This document shows positions 37,626 through 50,242 of a stretch of 64,000 nucleotides of DNA, one piece after another. The notes beneath the pieces are model-generated. The model worked only from the letters and a program-made list of their open reading frames with translations. It did no database searches and had not been told where the DNA came from. The DNA comes from Laetmonice hystrix (taxonomy: Eukaryota). A program made the translations under genes and the position numbers. Every line of letters starts with the position of its first letter. The first letter of the stretch is position 1. The stretch spans positions 40,736,001 through 40,800,000 of the forward strand of contig OZ249436.1 in NCBI GenBank assembly GCA_965235115.1, written 5' to 3'.

Positions 37626-39106
37626 TCTTTGTCTTCTACCCCATCTTCCAGATAGGGTCCTACATAAAACAAGTATCGACCAAACAAATTAAAACAACAC
37701 AATGAGTTCTATTCGCCTGTGCGCATGACTAATTACTGAGCCAGAAAGTAGGATGCTGAGTTTTTGTATCACTGACTGCGAGCCACCGTACAGTGGCGTC
37801 AAATCGAGGACACATGCCTTCATTCAGCTCGGCCCAAGAATTGTCAATATTGGCATCGACCGGTAAACCTGAATTAAAAATACAGCAATAAATACATCGT
37901 TGTCGCTTTTAAAATCCTAGTTCACAAGTGCTGGTTTAATTATTACTGATATAATGGTTGATTGCTATGTGAACTAGCCCAATCATTGTCATTTTACTTG
38001 GTGTTTGACAATCTATAATGCAAAATTCGTGTCGTCTCGAGTTCTATGCATCAATTAATACTCTTGCCTATTTTCTATGTTTCATGCGTAAAAATAATGG
38101 AATTTTGTTGAAAGATTTGGGAGAAATTTCTACTCTACATGCTAAGAAAATACTTCTCCAACATTCCTGAAGAAAAAAGTCTGGGGGAGGCCCCCATACC
38201 CCCCGAAAATGGGCCGGTGAAGGGGGTTCTGTCAATTTAATGAAGATCCTCCTTAACCTAAGTGTCTGAAAGGATGGAACGAGTACTAGGGGCATATATC
38301 AACCACCCCACTCCCCAATAGGTCAGTTTTCATAAGCTTACAGTAAAATAATATCCAGTAGTAGCTTACAGAAGCAAGAAACAGAAATTTGACATTCGTT
38401 GCAGCGTGAGAAGGTCAGGTATTATGACATTCGTCCATATGTAGGCTAATGTACTGGTGTCGAAGTCGTGAAATCCTCGGGTATATAAGGAGTGACGAAG
38501 TAATCAGTCGAGATGTGATATGTAATTTGAAATGGCGACGAAATCTTTATGATGAGTGTGGGGTTCCTCTGTGGTGTCGCCATGACGTCCAATAAAGGAG
38601 ATGGAGCCGTCCTTTACTCCTGTGGTGCCAAAGCCCAGAGCTGACTTATGGATAATGCACAGTCGCAGCGCTGCCTAGGCCCATATATGCTTGGCTTGCC
38701 CTACCGTCGGCACGTTCTTTCATCGAAGCACTTCGTCACGCGTCACTCCGGCCTGCCCCAGCCGACAAGCTGTCCCAGAATGCCATTGGTCAGCGGCGTG
38801 TGGGGGTGGAGCCAGTCGTCGTACCGTCTCGTGAAGCCAGACCTCAGGTACTGCTCACACCAAAAGACAACCGCGGCTTATCAATGACGGGATCCAGGCG
38901 GCACCATATGGATCAAAGGTTGAAGCCTTCACAGTTTGGAAAGAACAGTGTAGGATTATGAGATGTGAATCGTTTATTTTGAGAATATCGTATTCATGAC
39001 GCGCTGAGCCTAATTTGAAAGTGAACGGACGTCCCCTTTGAGTCTTTACGTAGGGTGGTCCCTTTAGAAGCACCTATACTATAGGCCTACATACGCAATT
39101 GTGATA

Positions 39107-39621
39107 ATGTCAAGCATGGATGTTCTACCGGCTAAAATAGAAGGCAGCGAATGGCCAGATGAAGACCAGGACAGTATCATCACGTGGAAACATAGATTTA
39201 ATAGTAGCATCACGTTTAAGCAGGACCTATGGTCACCAGTCGGCCAGAACAATTCTTATGGAGCTGTTGATGACTTGCCTTGGTTGGACACGGAGTACCC
39301 AGATTGGGAACTACCACAAAACGCTCAAACTGTGCTCATCATACTTTACTCTGTTACCATTCTGCTGGCAGTGACTGGAAACTTGCTTGTCATCGTGGTT
39401 CTAATCCTAGGAAACCGAGTGAAAACCGAACTGACGGTATTTTTACTGAACCTAGCCATAGCTGACCTGACCATGGCCTTTTTCTGCATGCCGTTTACCT
39501 TCACAAAGGTCATGCTTGGGCGCTGGATCTTTGGTGCCTTCATGTGCCCTTTCGCGTCCTTCATGCAAGTGACTAGCGTGGCTGTTAGTATCTTCACCAA
39601 CATGGCGATTGGTATAGACCG
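39107..39621 (+). CDS. First coding exon of a class A (rhodopsin-like) neuropeptide GPCR, tachykinin/RYamide-luqin/leucokinin/GPR83-like; N-terminus to TM3
   Basis: ATG at 39107. TM1 with GN (LAVTGNLLVI), TM2 with NLAIADL..FCMPF, ECL1 WIFG..MC, TM3 SIFTNMAIGIDR. N-glycosylation sequons NSS and NNS. Donor GACCG|GTACGT splits the DRY arginine codon. The subfamily is uncertain. Confidence 0.93.
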
Positions 39622-41256
39622 GTACGTATGACTCTGTTTGTATAAATCCTATTTTAGTCTATAATCATAACTCAACACAAATCGATAATGATATAGTGCA
39701 ATGGCAACATACACAAATGTAGTACTGTTTTCAAATAACCATCTGTTGCTATTGGATCAATACACTGACTACCCGTCCAAAAAATGTCAAAGCTGAAAAC
39801 TTAATTTTCTTAAAGGTAGTTGCTCCTTAGTATTCTTTGAAATGTGTTTTTTTTTTGTACGTTATACTCAATATAAAGGTCATCTTCAACATTGAGAATA
39901 ATTTTGCATGGCATAGCATAGTTTAGCACAGCATGTCGATATAAGTGTCTCAGTTTCTATACAGCTCTGATGAACGGTCCCTGATGAACGTATGCATAGT
40001 CGAAGCGAAGCTCTAGTTGTCAAACTTCATATGTAGAAGTGATTTTCCCGTGTGAAGTGAACCAGGAAGATATGCAGACCCATAGCCTATAAATCATGGC
40101 ATGGCAATCTGTTTATTATAATTTTTATTATATTTCTGACCACCATTAATAACACATTAGAGACAAGTTGGCAGGGGAACACCCGTTGGACACAGAAGTA
40201 ATTATAAACCACTAACAGACCATTTGGCGCTGTCCAGAGACAAAACAGGTGCTGGTGATATCCCTCCGCCATTTTAATTAATCGGTCACACGACACCGTC
40301 GAATCGTGTCGAGAAGCGAATCGCCCGAAAACAACCACTAGGTGGCGTCGCAGACGGCCAAGCTGCCGTTTTAACAAAAAAAAATGGGTAAAGTCAACTT
40401 ACCAGTAGACCTCATCAAGTAGTGAGACCTGGCCAAAGGTTTGGTACCGAGAAACGCGTATTTTTTCATAGTGTGGACAGATTTTCAGGGCGGCATCAAT
40501 GCACCAGCGCCCCCTGGTGCACTATGGTGCACTATGTCGGCAAGCGAGCGTTCAGATTGAAGTTACCCGACGTAAGTGGTCTACCGACATAGCTATGCCA
40601 CCACCCGTAAGTTATGTCGGATGGTTGTGTTCATACATGTATACAGGTGGCCACCCGAAACAGCGGGTAGACGTCGGAACAAGCCTCCAATGTGAACGCG
40701 GGGTTCGTCTGGCCAGCTTAGCGACCAGCTTAAACACCCGTTGTAATTATTTCCGGCTTCGAGGTTGTACTAACTCCCGCTGGTTCCTGTTGTCTGAAGG
40801 CCCACTTGCTGCCAGTATGTCTGTGGCTTTGGGTCTGACTTAATATTTCTTAACCGGAAATTGTTTTCTACTATTTTCGTTTTGCATAAGACGACTTCGT
40901 TACACCCAGGTATAAACATGTAGACGGGCACCTCATAACTCATACAGGTTTGCTGTTTTATTTTATAAAATGGCATCACCGTCAAGTTATGTAACTTAAA
41001 TAGATGCAAACACTTTAACATATTTACACATGTTGGATGGCATTCAAAACCCCAATATTTCTAAAAGAATTTAATCGATACGTCTACGTCCGAGTACTAA
41101 AAAAATCCAAGCCTCACTCTCTTTGGAGGTGCCCTCTGTTCCTTCAATGAGTTTGGGGAGGGGGGCCATTATCTACGGAAGCCATTTAGTGCCATGTGGA
41201 ATTATTTTTTTTCTCGTTATTACGACTTAGCTATCTCGTTATTACGACTCAGTAGA

Positions 41257-41294
41257 TGAAGAAGAAGAAGAAGAAGAAGAAGAAGAAGAAGAAG
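41257..41294. repeat. (GAA)n microsatellite
   Basis: About 12 GAA units. Confidence 0.95.
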
Positions 41295-41536
41295 GCTATA
41301 ATGAGTGATGATACACAAGAGTAGAAGGCGTCAGCTGTGATTGCGCATCCCATGACAGGCCGAGTGACCTGATTCGTACTGATTGGTCTGATTGATCAGC
41401 GTAATTTCATCGGCCAACTCGTGCGAAATTCGTCGGTCTAGAAGTCGGCTAACTTAAGTAATCGGCCGACTCTAAAATAATCGCACAGTGGAGCCTCAGA
41501 GTTTCGATCGACTCGGTTGAGTAGAAATAACATTAT

Positions 41537-42195
41537 ATGAGGTGTCTGTCTGAGAGGGAATGTGGACTAATAGTCAGTGGGGGATCCAGGATTTTGATAA
41601 GGGGGAGGGGGCACCTAAAATGTTTTTAGTCTCGCTACGCTCGGTATGATTGTATTGTGATTGTGGCCATTTTGGCCCCCTTTTGGTCTATTTCAATGCT
41701 GCAGAGTTATCTTGCTGCTGGACGACTGAGGAGGCCCGATCGTATTAACACGTACAATATAGGAGGTTTAAAAAAAAGAATTTTGTTGAAATCCTGGTTT
41801 CAGGGTTCGAATAATGCATCTCCATAAAAAGGGGAAGGAAAATCTAAGATAGGCCGGGCCCCCTGGGCCCTCCTGAATTCCCCAATGATAGTTGAGCTCA
41901 ATAGAGAAGGTATCTCTGCTGCCAGAATCGCATTACACCTGCAATGTTCTATACAAACTGTGAAAAAGGTCCGTAGACGGTTCATGCAGTCTGGATCTTG
42001 GTCCAGATTATCTGGTTCTATAGTAGACCGCAAGGAATCACGGCCGGAGATGAATGTTACCTTGGTCAGCCTGTGCGTCAGCATCACTTTGGATCATTAC
42101 GGGAAATAACCACTATATTTAACCAACATCGAATGACTCCTGTATCTACGCATTCTGTCAGGATATATCTACCAGGGATGAGGATATACAACATG
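41537..42195 (+). pseudogene. Tc1-like transposase N-terminal bipartite HTH remnant
   Basis: Removing MITE 41575-41887 gives MRCLSERECGLIVELNREGISAARIALHLQCSIQTVKKVRRRFMQSGSWSRLSGS-(fs)-SRPQGITAGDECYLGQPVRQHHFGSLREITTIFNQHRMTPVSTHSVRIYL. This fits paired-like HTH, GRPR-like linker and second HTH. No DDE domain seen. Confidence 0.8.
41575..41887. mobile_element. hAT-like MITE with 5-bp TSD inside the Tc1 remnant
   Basis: ATAGT|CAGTGGGGGATCCAGGA ... TCCTGAATTCCCCAATG|ATAGT; excision restores the reading frame. Confidence 0.88.
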
Positions 42196-42784
42196 TACAT
42201 GTCCATCACTTGCTGAAATAAATAATGAACGCAATGATTCGGGTCTATTAAGATGGTCTGTACAGTGCTTGGGACAATGACAGGTTTTCTGCTATATATA
42301 AGTCCTGCTATACTACTATAGCATATTATTTACACTCCAAGGAGTTCGCTAAGTTATCAAGCTAGCAAATCTATCAAACTCACTTGGAGCCAAAAGGATT
42401 TATATTTCACAAGAAGAACCGTTCTTTTGAGAACGAGTGAAGTTTTATATAGGCCTAGTGCGGACGGCACTGAACATCTACAACGTTGTACAACAACCAT
42501 CGACTTTGGCCGCCGACATCATCCTTACCATCACTTTAGTCCACTAGATCACCATCCGCCCCCAGAGCTCAAGTGTGTGTGCTACCCATGTCTTGTGTAG
42601 ACAATTCATTTTCTATTTGGCCTATGCAGTTTGACATTCAGGAAATAACTGCCTATTAATAAATACATATCTGCTGTGGAGACCGTCACACCACACGAAA
42701 GAAAAGCTGGTGTTGCTCTATGTAAATACACCGCTGTATCCGTTTGGGTGTGACTTGTTTCCACGTTATTCTTGTTACGTAAGG

Positions 42785-43060
42785 GTATCACACTGTTGCG
42801 AGAGGGGATATCTGGATAACCGCGAGGCGAAGCCGAGAGGTTATTCAGATATCCACGCGAGCAACAGTGTGATACCATACGTATACACCAAGGCGTACCG
42901 AGCAGTGGGATATTTCCGAAAATATCACACTCTCGTCACGGCTCCCTGGTCACATATTACACTCTCGTCACGGCTCTCTGGCCACATAACACACTGCAGA
43001 CGCTTCCGATCCCGAGCAGTGTAACATTGCCGAAGATATCACACTCTCGTCACACTTCGC
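42785..43060. mobile_element. Hairpin-type non-autonomous element fragment
   Basis: ~38-bp imperfect stem GGTATCACACTGTTGC...ATAACC around CGAGGCGAAGCCGAG, followed by repeated ACACTCTCGTCAC motifs. Confidence 0.6.
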
Positions 43061-43167
43061 TGGGCACAAGCGATCGGTCCCTCGTTCCACTTGGACGTGG
43101 TGGACACGAGTCCTGCTCGATTAGTTTCCATTTTTAAACACCCGGTCAACGTGTCAACATAACATTA

Positions 43168-43411
43168 GTGGCAGACCATTTAATAGCGGGGGAGGGGTAT
43201 GGTTTTTTCGTTAAAAAAAGTTGGTTACCAAGCTGACCCCCAAAAAATAGTTTGTTACCAAATATATACATGTGTGAAATAAAATAGTTTGTTCAGCAAT
43301 GTGTGTGAAAAAAAGAGATTGTTTATTTATGTTTATTGTTTTGTTGCAAGTATAAAAAGTTTGGTCAGAAAGAAAAACCATACCCTCCCCCGCTATTAAA
43401 TGGTCTGCCCC
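43168..43411. mobile_element. PIF/Harbinger-like MITE (TTA TSD)
   Basis: TTA|GTGGCAGACCATTTAATAGCGGGGGAGGG ... CCCTCCCCCGCTATTAAATGGTCTGCCCC|TTA. Confidence 0.9.
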
Positions 43412-44027
43412 TTAGGTGGAATGAGGGACGCTGAAGCAGAATACCGCATAGCAGCGTTCTCTATGATCCACTGAGGTGGCCCCGTTAACAACTGCAGGGG
43501 GCTCGCCGGTATCTGTGCGGCAGTATTAATTGTGGGAGTTGCGGCCGAAGCTGCCCGGCATGAGTTTTTCCCTCTATTTTCTTCTTTCTTTAATAGTAAA
43601 TTCGGAAATATTTGGACAATTACGTTCTCTCGGCACTGAACCGCGTCGCTTTGTTTGTACATCTCCAGCTCAGTCGTTCATAGGGGGCGCTGTTTTTTGA
43701 GGTCACAAAAGGTGGCCTATACATGTAATTGTATATGCCCCCATTCTTGCTTAAAACAAAAAAGAGTAGAATCCATTCTACTATTCTTGCTGAAGGTCGC
43801 ATGGGAGACCCTTTCCGTTGTCCTTAAGTACATGAAATCATTATTCTGCCCAAGTACATAAAATCATTATTCATTGATAATATGTCGTATGACAGCTCAC
43901 TTCGAGAGAAAACAACGAGAAAATCGAGGAGTTTTCTCGAGAGAGAAAAAACAAAACCGAGAGGTGCTATCGATATAGGCCCGAGCTAAGCGAGGGCCTA
44001 TATCGATAGCACCGCGAGGATAGGTAG

Positions 44028-44212
44028 GCGTCGCTGTGGCCGAAAAGGTAACAGCGCTGGACGGTGATGCCGCCGTGGTGGGTTCGAATCCTGCCGACGG
44101 CAAACACCGTCCAAAGGCGATATGCGTATCGCCATGGGGGCCAGAATATCCCACGGCCCCATGGTGTATACAAGAGGAAAGCCTCATGAGCCGCCTTGCA
44201 CGTGACACGAGT
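44028..44212 (+). mobile_element. tRNA-derived SINE-like sequence
   Basis: A-box TGGCCGAAAAGG, B-box GGTTCGAATCC, acceptor-like CGTCG/CGACG, head ending GACGGCA at ~44102. Anticodon stem is imperfect and no T-run terminator follows. Confidence 0.65.
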
Positions 44213-45115
44213 CACTTGACTTTGTTTTTCTGGTCAGACTGAGTCGACACGGCCACTTCACGTCCTCGTCAAATTGCGGCGACACGTTCTAAGGAGGCCA
44301 GCCAATCACTGCTGAGTACCATCGAATGGTTTAACCAAGTTGGAAATTTTCGAGCTTCCTGGCTGAGATCCCCGTCAGATAACGATGACACGGCCTCTCC
44401 AGACCCCGCCAAGTTAAGACGACACGTCTTTTTGAATGCCCAATTCATTCAATGTTTCCAAGTTGCGTGTGTCCCATTTATTAGTGCCTTTCTTCCCTCT
44501 AGCGACAATGAAATACTCTATTTAGTAAGAAGATATAAGATTAATTATGCTTAATTGTCCAGGCATGGCGCTGTGATAGGCGGGGTATGGGTCGGAGGAC
44601 GGGACGTCTGCTCCAGCCGGAACTATTCTTCATGTGACACAAACATCTAATATCCTGTATACTGGGAGGGGATGTGTATTTGTCTATTTCAAGATATCTC
44701 AACCAAACTTATTACACATCTTGACCATGACAAAGTCTGGTCAAAAGTCATGACGTCACGTGAAATTATTGTCGCACTGCTTTTTCAATCATACAGATTC
44801 TTGTCGATCCGCTCCGGACCGCTTTATTGACAAATACAGTTACATAATACGTACAGGTGTACATGATCAGGACCGCTTTATTGACCAATACAGTTACATA
44901 ATACGTACAGGTGTACATGAATATGCCATCCTGGGTTATATTAATAATTATAGATGGCGGAGAAAATGAATGGAAAGAGCGCAAACATTGTGTGTTTACC
45001 ACGAACGTGTATCTATAATGGTAGCGGGTATACGTTATGACAAATTTGACTATTCTCACCAACGTGATCCTTTCTTATTTCAATCTTTCGTGTATGTCCT
45101 TGAGTTATTTGACCT

Positions 45116-46036
45116 TGGCACAACCTATGACATCCTTGATAGGGAAGTACTGATTGAAACCAGGCTGGCCATTGGCAACCTATGACATCTCCTTGATAGG
45201 AAAGTACTGATTGAAACCAGGCTAGCCATTGGCAACCTATGACATCTCCTTGATAGGGAAGTACTGATTGAAACCAGGCTGGCCATTGGCAACCTATAAC
45301 ATCTCCTTGATAGGGAAGTACTGATTGAAACCAGGCTGGCCATTGGCAACCTATGACATCTCCTTGATAGGGAAGTCCTGATTGAAACCAGGCTGGCCAT
45401 TGGCAACCTATGACATCTCATTGACAGGGAAGTACTGATTGAAACCAGGCTGGCCATTGGCAACCTATGACATCTCCTTGATAGGGAAGTCCTGATTGAA
45501 ACCAGGCTGGTCATTGGCAACCTATGACATCTCCTTGATAGGGAAGTACTGATTGAAACCAGGCTGGCCATTGGCAACCTATGACATCTCCTTGATAGGG
45601 AAGTCCTGATTGAAACCAGGCTGGCCATTGGCAACCTATGACATCTCCTTGATAGGGAAGTACTGATTGAAACCAGGCTGGCCATTGGCAACCTATGACA
45701 TCTCCTTGATAGGGAAGTCCTGATTGAAACCAGGCTGGTCATTGGCAACCTATGACATCTCCTTGATAGGGAAGTCCTGATTGAAACCAGGCTGGCCATT
45801 GGCAACCTATGACATCTCATTGATAGGGAAGTCCTGATTGAAACCAGGCTGGCCATTGGCAACCTATGACATCTCCTTGATAGGAAAGTACTGATTGAAA
45901 CCAGGCTGGTCATTGGCAACCTATGACATCTCCTTGATAGGGAAGTATACTAATTGAAACCAGGCTGGCCATTGGCAACCTATGACATCTCCTTGACAGG
46001 GAAGTACTGATTGAAACCAGGATGGCCATTGCCAAA
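45116..46036. repeat. 57-bp minisatellite, ~16 copies
   Basis: CAACCTATGACATCTCCTTGATAGGGAAGTMCTGATTGAAACCAGGCTGGCCATTGG. Confidence 0.97.
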
Positions 46037-49000
46037 CTTTTGGCAACGCGACTCGTAAGCGTCCCTGCATGACCTGCCAACATCAGGATATCTTGACGAT
46101 GGAGTCACGGTCCCGTACATAACTACTAGCTGTGTTTGCTGCCAATCAACGCGAACCTAGCCAAATCTATCAGCAGTTTTAGAACCCAGGTCAGCGATCA
46201 CATGACCGCAGTGCCATGTGATACCTACAGCTATCGCGGTTGATTTGTAGAGATATAGCCACTGCAGGTGGTTGTAGTTACATAGCCGTCACAAAATGCA
46301 ATCCAGTCACGCTAACTCTACTAGTCAGGTAGTTAGGTTTCCGACTGTAAATTTCACTCGGCTATGATTTTACTTACCGATTCCGGAGGCCAATTCCGAC
46401 GGGTGCCTACCGACATTGATCACTGGCGCTGCATGGTCTTACTAAGTAGTATTCGAAAATTGTTATAAGGAGCAGGCTTTAACCTGCTGTGTAATCCAAA
46501 CATTGGCAGTCTGCTCTGTTAATATAGGGTTAATTTAATTTCAATTAATTTAATGTATTCAACCTTTCTGGCTTGGGGTTCTACATGTACAAGAGAAATA
46601 ACCGGTAATCATCGACACCCGGGATTCAGTGAAAAGAGTATAGTCTGTGCCATGTTGGTAGTCAAGGGCATTGTGATATTGATGTGTAGGCACGTTATAC
46701 AGCGGGAACATAATTAGGGAAAATATTTAATAATGTCATTCTGTACGGAGAGCGGCCTTGGTGGTGATGAACGCTCAGCGGGACAGCTATAGGTTTTGTG
46801 TTCAGGATAAGACAAGCCCAAGTGGATATAGTTATTTTTTAAATGTACAAGTGCGCCATAAATAATGGTAGCCGTAAAATATTGCAGTAATGTGTTAAAA
46901 TCCGGCATTATTTCAGGATTGCCATTTTTTTATAGTCATTTTTTCATAGCAATGTTTTCATGTTGGCTATGAAATATTGCAATAATTAAATAATGCCGTA
47001 AATTGTGTGTTTGCCACGAATGTCTATCTAGTGGTAGCGGGTACGTCCCGTGCTGACATATTTCATGGCTGCGATATTTCATAGGCGGCAGCTTCATGTC
47101 ATGAAGTAATGCAGTCCGTGGAATATTGTAGCATGTCTGCACTATTTCATGACATCAAGGTTTCATGTCTTAGGCAATGAAATAATGCAGTCCCTGAAAT
47201 ATTGCGGATTTAAGATATGGAATGTAAAATATTATATATTAGACAAGTATGTAAGAGACCTATATTACGTATATAAAAGTAGGCCTATATAATAAATATA
47301 TGATAAAGAATATATCAATATCTGGGACCTTCTATTTTCTACAACATGTTGGTGACTCCCATCCCCTATATCTATAGGTCTACTACCACTTAGGCCTACT
47401 CCTACTACCCCCCCCCCCCCCCAAAAAAAAAGGTGCATTTCTGCAATATTTCATAGTATGCATTCTTAGCTATAATGCAGTGACGCAACACTGCAATATT
47501 TAATAGGCAGCATTATTTCATAGTAGGTCTACACCGGCATACAAACATCTAGGGGCCTATTGATGTCCAAAGATATAAAGTAGGCTAAATAATGTGACGA
47601 AAATCTCTATGGCTTGGTGACCTGACTGGACAAACAGATCAGTCACAATTCATGGGCCTTGGAGGTTGGTAGACTAATGCCCTGCCCTACCGCTATCTAA
47701 TAATGTTAGACTGGCGCATAGCTGTCTCCGGAACGAACTGTGCACAAGGGCTTAACGCTATCTTATAAGGAAATATCAAATATCATTTGAAATGGTTTAT
47801 AGCACTGCCATATCCGGAATCTTCAGTGACTGTTTATCTTGACTGTCCAAAGACACCTGACCCCCATGCAATGACCCCCGGTTGAAGTATCTTTATGGTT
47901 ATTGCGGGACCTGAGAACCACTCATGCCAGTCTATTAGACACCGCATTGGCTCAACAGGATTGAGACGTTATGCAGTGGTGTGGAGTTTTAAGGGGGACG
48001 TCAAACTATACATCAGGCAGTCCCAGCGTGAGGTGAGGAGATAGGGATCTGGACGGTGGGCGGTGCCGATGGATGGTGATTGGGGCATAGAATGCTGTGC
48101 CCCCAAAGTCAAATGTTTCCGACGCTCAGCGAGGTGAGCCCCCGACCTTTCCTTACAAGAGCGCACTATACTCTCTGAACATGCGCAGGTTGGTCTTTTG
48201 TCCCAGGAGGAGAGCTACAGTAGCCTACGGCGTGAAGCCCACCGAGGGTCACGTGGATGGTGTGGTACTCCACCATTGATCTATTCAGGGTTGTTCACCG
48301 AGGTGAACCCAGCGGTCTTTTAGAGTGTTGCCGGTGGGGAGCAGAGAGGCTGTGATGGACAGCTGAATATATGGCGGTCAATAGGAGCCAGCTCAGTCAG
48401 CTGCTACAGTAATGGCTACTGAAGTATGTGTTCAGCTTTTCCCAAGCTTTACTTTACAGTCATTGGTTTACAACATTGTTAATTCATAAGGACCCCTTTA
48501 CATGGCTTTCATTGAGGCCTACTCTAATGCAGTGGGAACAACGATATCCAGCAAAAGTGGGAGGGGGGCCAGGAATTTGAAATCGTTTTCAAATTCCCGG
48601 GCGGAATTTGAAAATCGTTTTCAGATTCATCCCTCCATTTTCAAATCCACCCCCTAGGATTCTGAAAAGTATTGTGTACCCGAACCACTGTCCCAAGCAA
48701 ATCCCTGCAACTGGCGATGCGGGGGGTAGACGTTTACACTTGGGTTTGGAATATCGACGATCGCCCCAAATCCTCCATGAGAAATCAATTTGACAGCATT
48801 ATCAATACGGGTGTAATTAAATGCAAGAGCTGTCGTATCCATGTGTAATAATACTCTGGCAAATGGGGCGCTTACAGTCGGACGGCCGTCCGAGCGGGCC
48901 AGGCCCTGTTCCGGCTAGATGTCCGAACGGCTAGTTATGTCCGACAGGAGATATGTCCGGAAACAGGAGCTAGATGTGTCCGGAGAAATTGATATGTCCG

Positions 49001-49679
49001 CAATATCAGCTAGATGTAAACTGCCGGTCTCGCTCAGCCTTGGAATATCCATTTTAATACGAACAATTCAAAAAATCAGGGATTGGTCTGACTCTTCAGG
49101 GTCCAAGTCCTAACGTTCGTATCTGGCGTCTGGAGACACACGATAGCCCATTGAGAGTCAACTGGTTTGGAACCTTGCCGCAGATTGAGCACATTGACGG
49201 GGTACGGGTTCTATTTATAGAGGAGTTGTCCACGGATCTTCCAGTTTCACCCTCACCTCTTCCTCATGGACACCAGCCGAGTCGACCTCTTCGTACTGTC
49301 AGGTTTTCAACAGCGTCTGTTTCCAGACTACGACCGAATGTGGAGACCCGAGTCTCGCCTTTCCTAGACAGCTGTACAGTGTTACTAATTGCTTTATATA
49401 CACACCCTGTTGGTCGGGTACCTCAGAACTACCTCTCAGAGAAATCACAAATCTTAAGGTAGTGCACGTTGTAGGTAAACATTTAAGAATAATTTTAAAA
49501 TGCATTTTCTCTTGATTCTTAACATTTGGTTTGGTGAAAATAAAAAAAACTTGTATACATCCAGGCAACAACGACTCATGTCAACGTCCTATAGACGAAG
49601 GTCACACCAAGCGTCAATATCCACATTGCAGGTATTGGTGGTATCTGTGACGGATGCTGCCATCTGGTGGTCAGTTTTA

Positions 49680-49800
49680 TATGAGGGCAATCTATAGGAT
49701 AATCAGTGATTATAGCAATGATGACTTGTTTGTGCTCACTGGTGTTTGTCGAGGGTTTTGTATTGTTGACCCTGACTGTACGACGGGCGCTAATCTTGCA
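49680..49800 (+). pseudogene. Possible DIRS-like retrotransposon fragment (segment upstream of RT)
   Basis: YSNDDLFVLTGVCRGFCIVDPDC resembles the D-x-x-F-x-L-x-G-x-x-x-G-F-x-I motif that precedes DIRS RT domains; short and not otherwise supported. Confidence 0.3.
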
Positions 49801-49836
49801 GATATGACCGCTACTACAGCTTCAGAACTGTCACAA

Positions 49837-50039
49837 CATAGGCGTCGAAACCAGGGAGGCAGGGGGGGGGGGCGATCGCCCCCCCCCGTGATCCAAGCAG
49901 GGGGCAGAGCCCCCCTCTGCTGAACCCAGCAATATTTATCAGCCTATTTTGTCAATGACTGGGCCAAAACAGGGCCAGAGTCGGCCTGGGCCGACTTCAG
50001 CCCCCCCCCCCCTGGAAAAAGTATCTTCCGACGCTATTG
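49837..50039. mobile_element. hAT-like MITE with 5-bp TSD
   Basis: CACAA|CATAGGCGTCGAAA ... CTTCCGACGCTATTG|CACAA. Confidence 0.85.
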
Positions 50040-50242
50040 CACAAGAAAACAAAATTCACTGGTTATGGTGAAGCCCCAGTGTGTGCATGCACTTGGGGCC
50101 TGTCCCGGCTAGATGCGTCCAAACAGCTATCTTTTGATAGGAGATGTCCGCATGTACCGGACACATCTAGCGGATTTTTGCGGACATATCCGGATTACCG
50201 GACACATTTAGCTGGCATTTGTGGACATATCCGCGGATTTAA

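Noticed and set aside
37241..37705. Ser/Leu-rich and Arg/Glu-rich ORFs
   Set aside because: Translations of a CT microsatellite.
38482..38488. TATATAA as the GPCR TATA box
   Set aside because: About 620 bp upstream of the ATG with no transcription start evidence; common by chance in AT-rich DNA.
45125..45919. 264-aa ORF with a 19-aa repeat
   Set aside because: By-product of a 57-bp (multiple of 3) minisatellite; no unique coding flanks or splice support.
47969..48166. Possible tyrosine-recombinase C-terminal relic (SIGTA...RW...Y) on the minus strand
   Set aside because: Too few conserved residues to support by eye.
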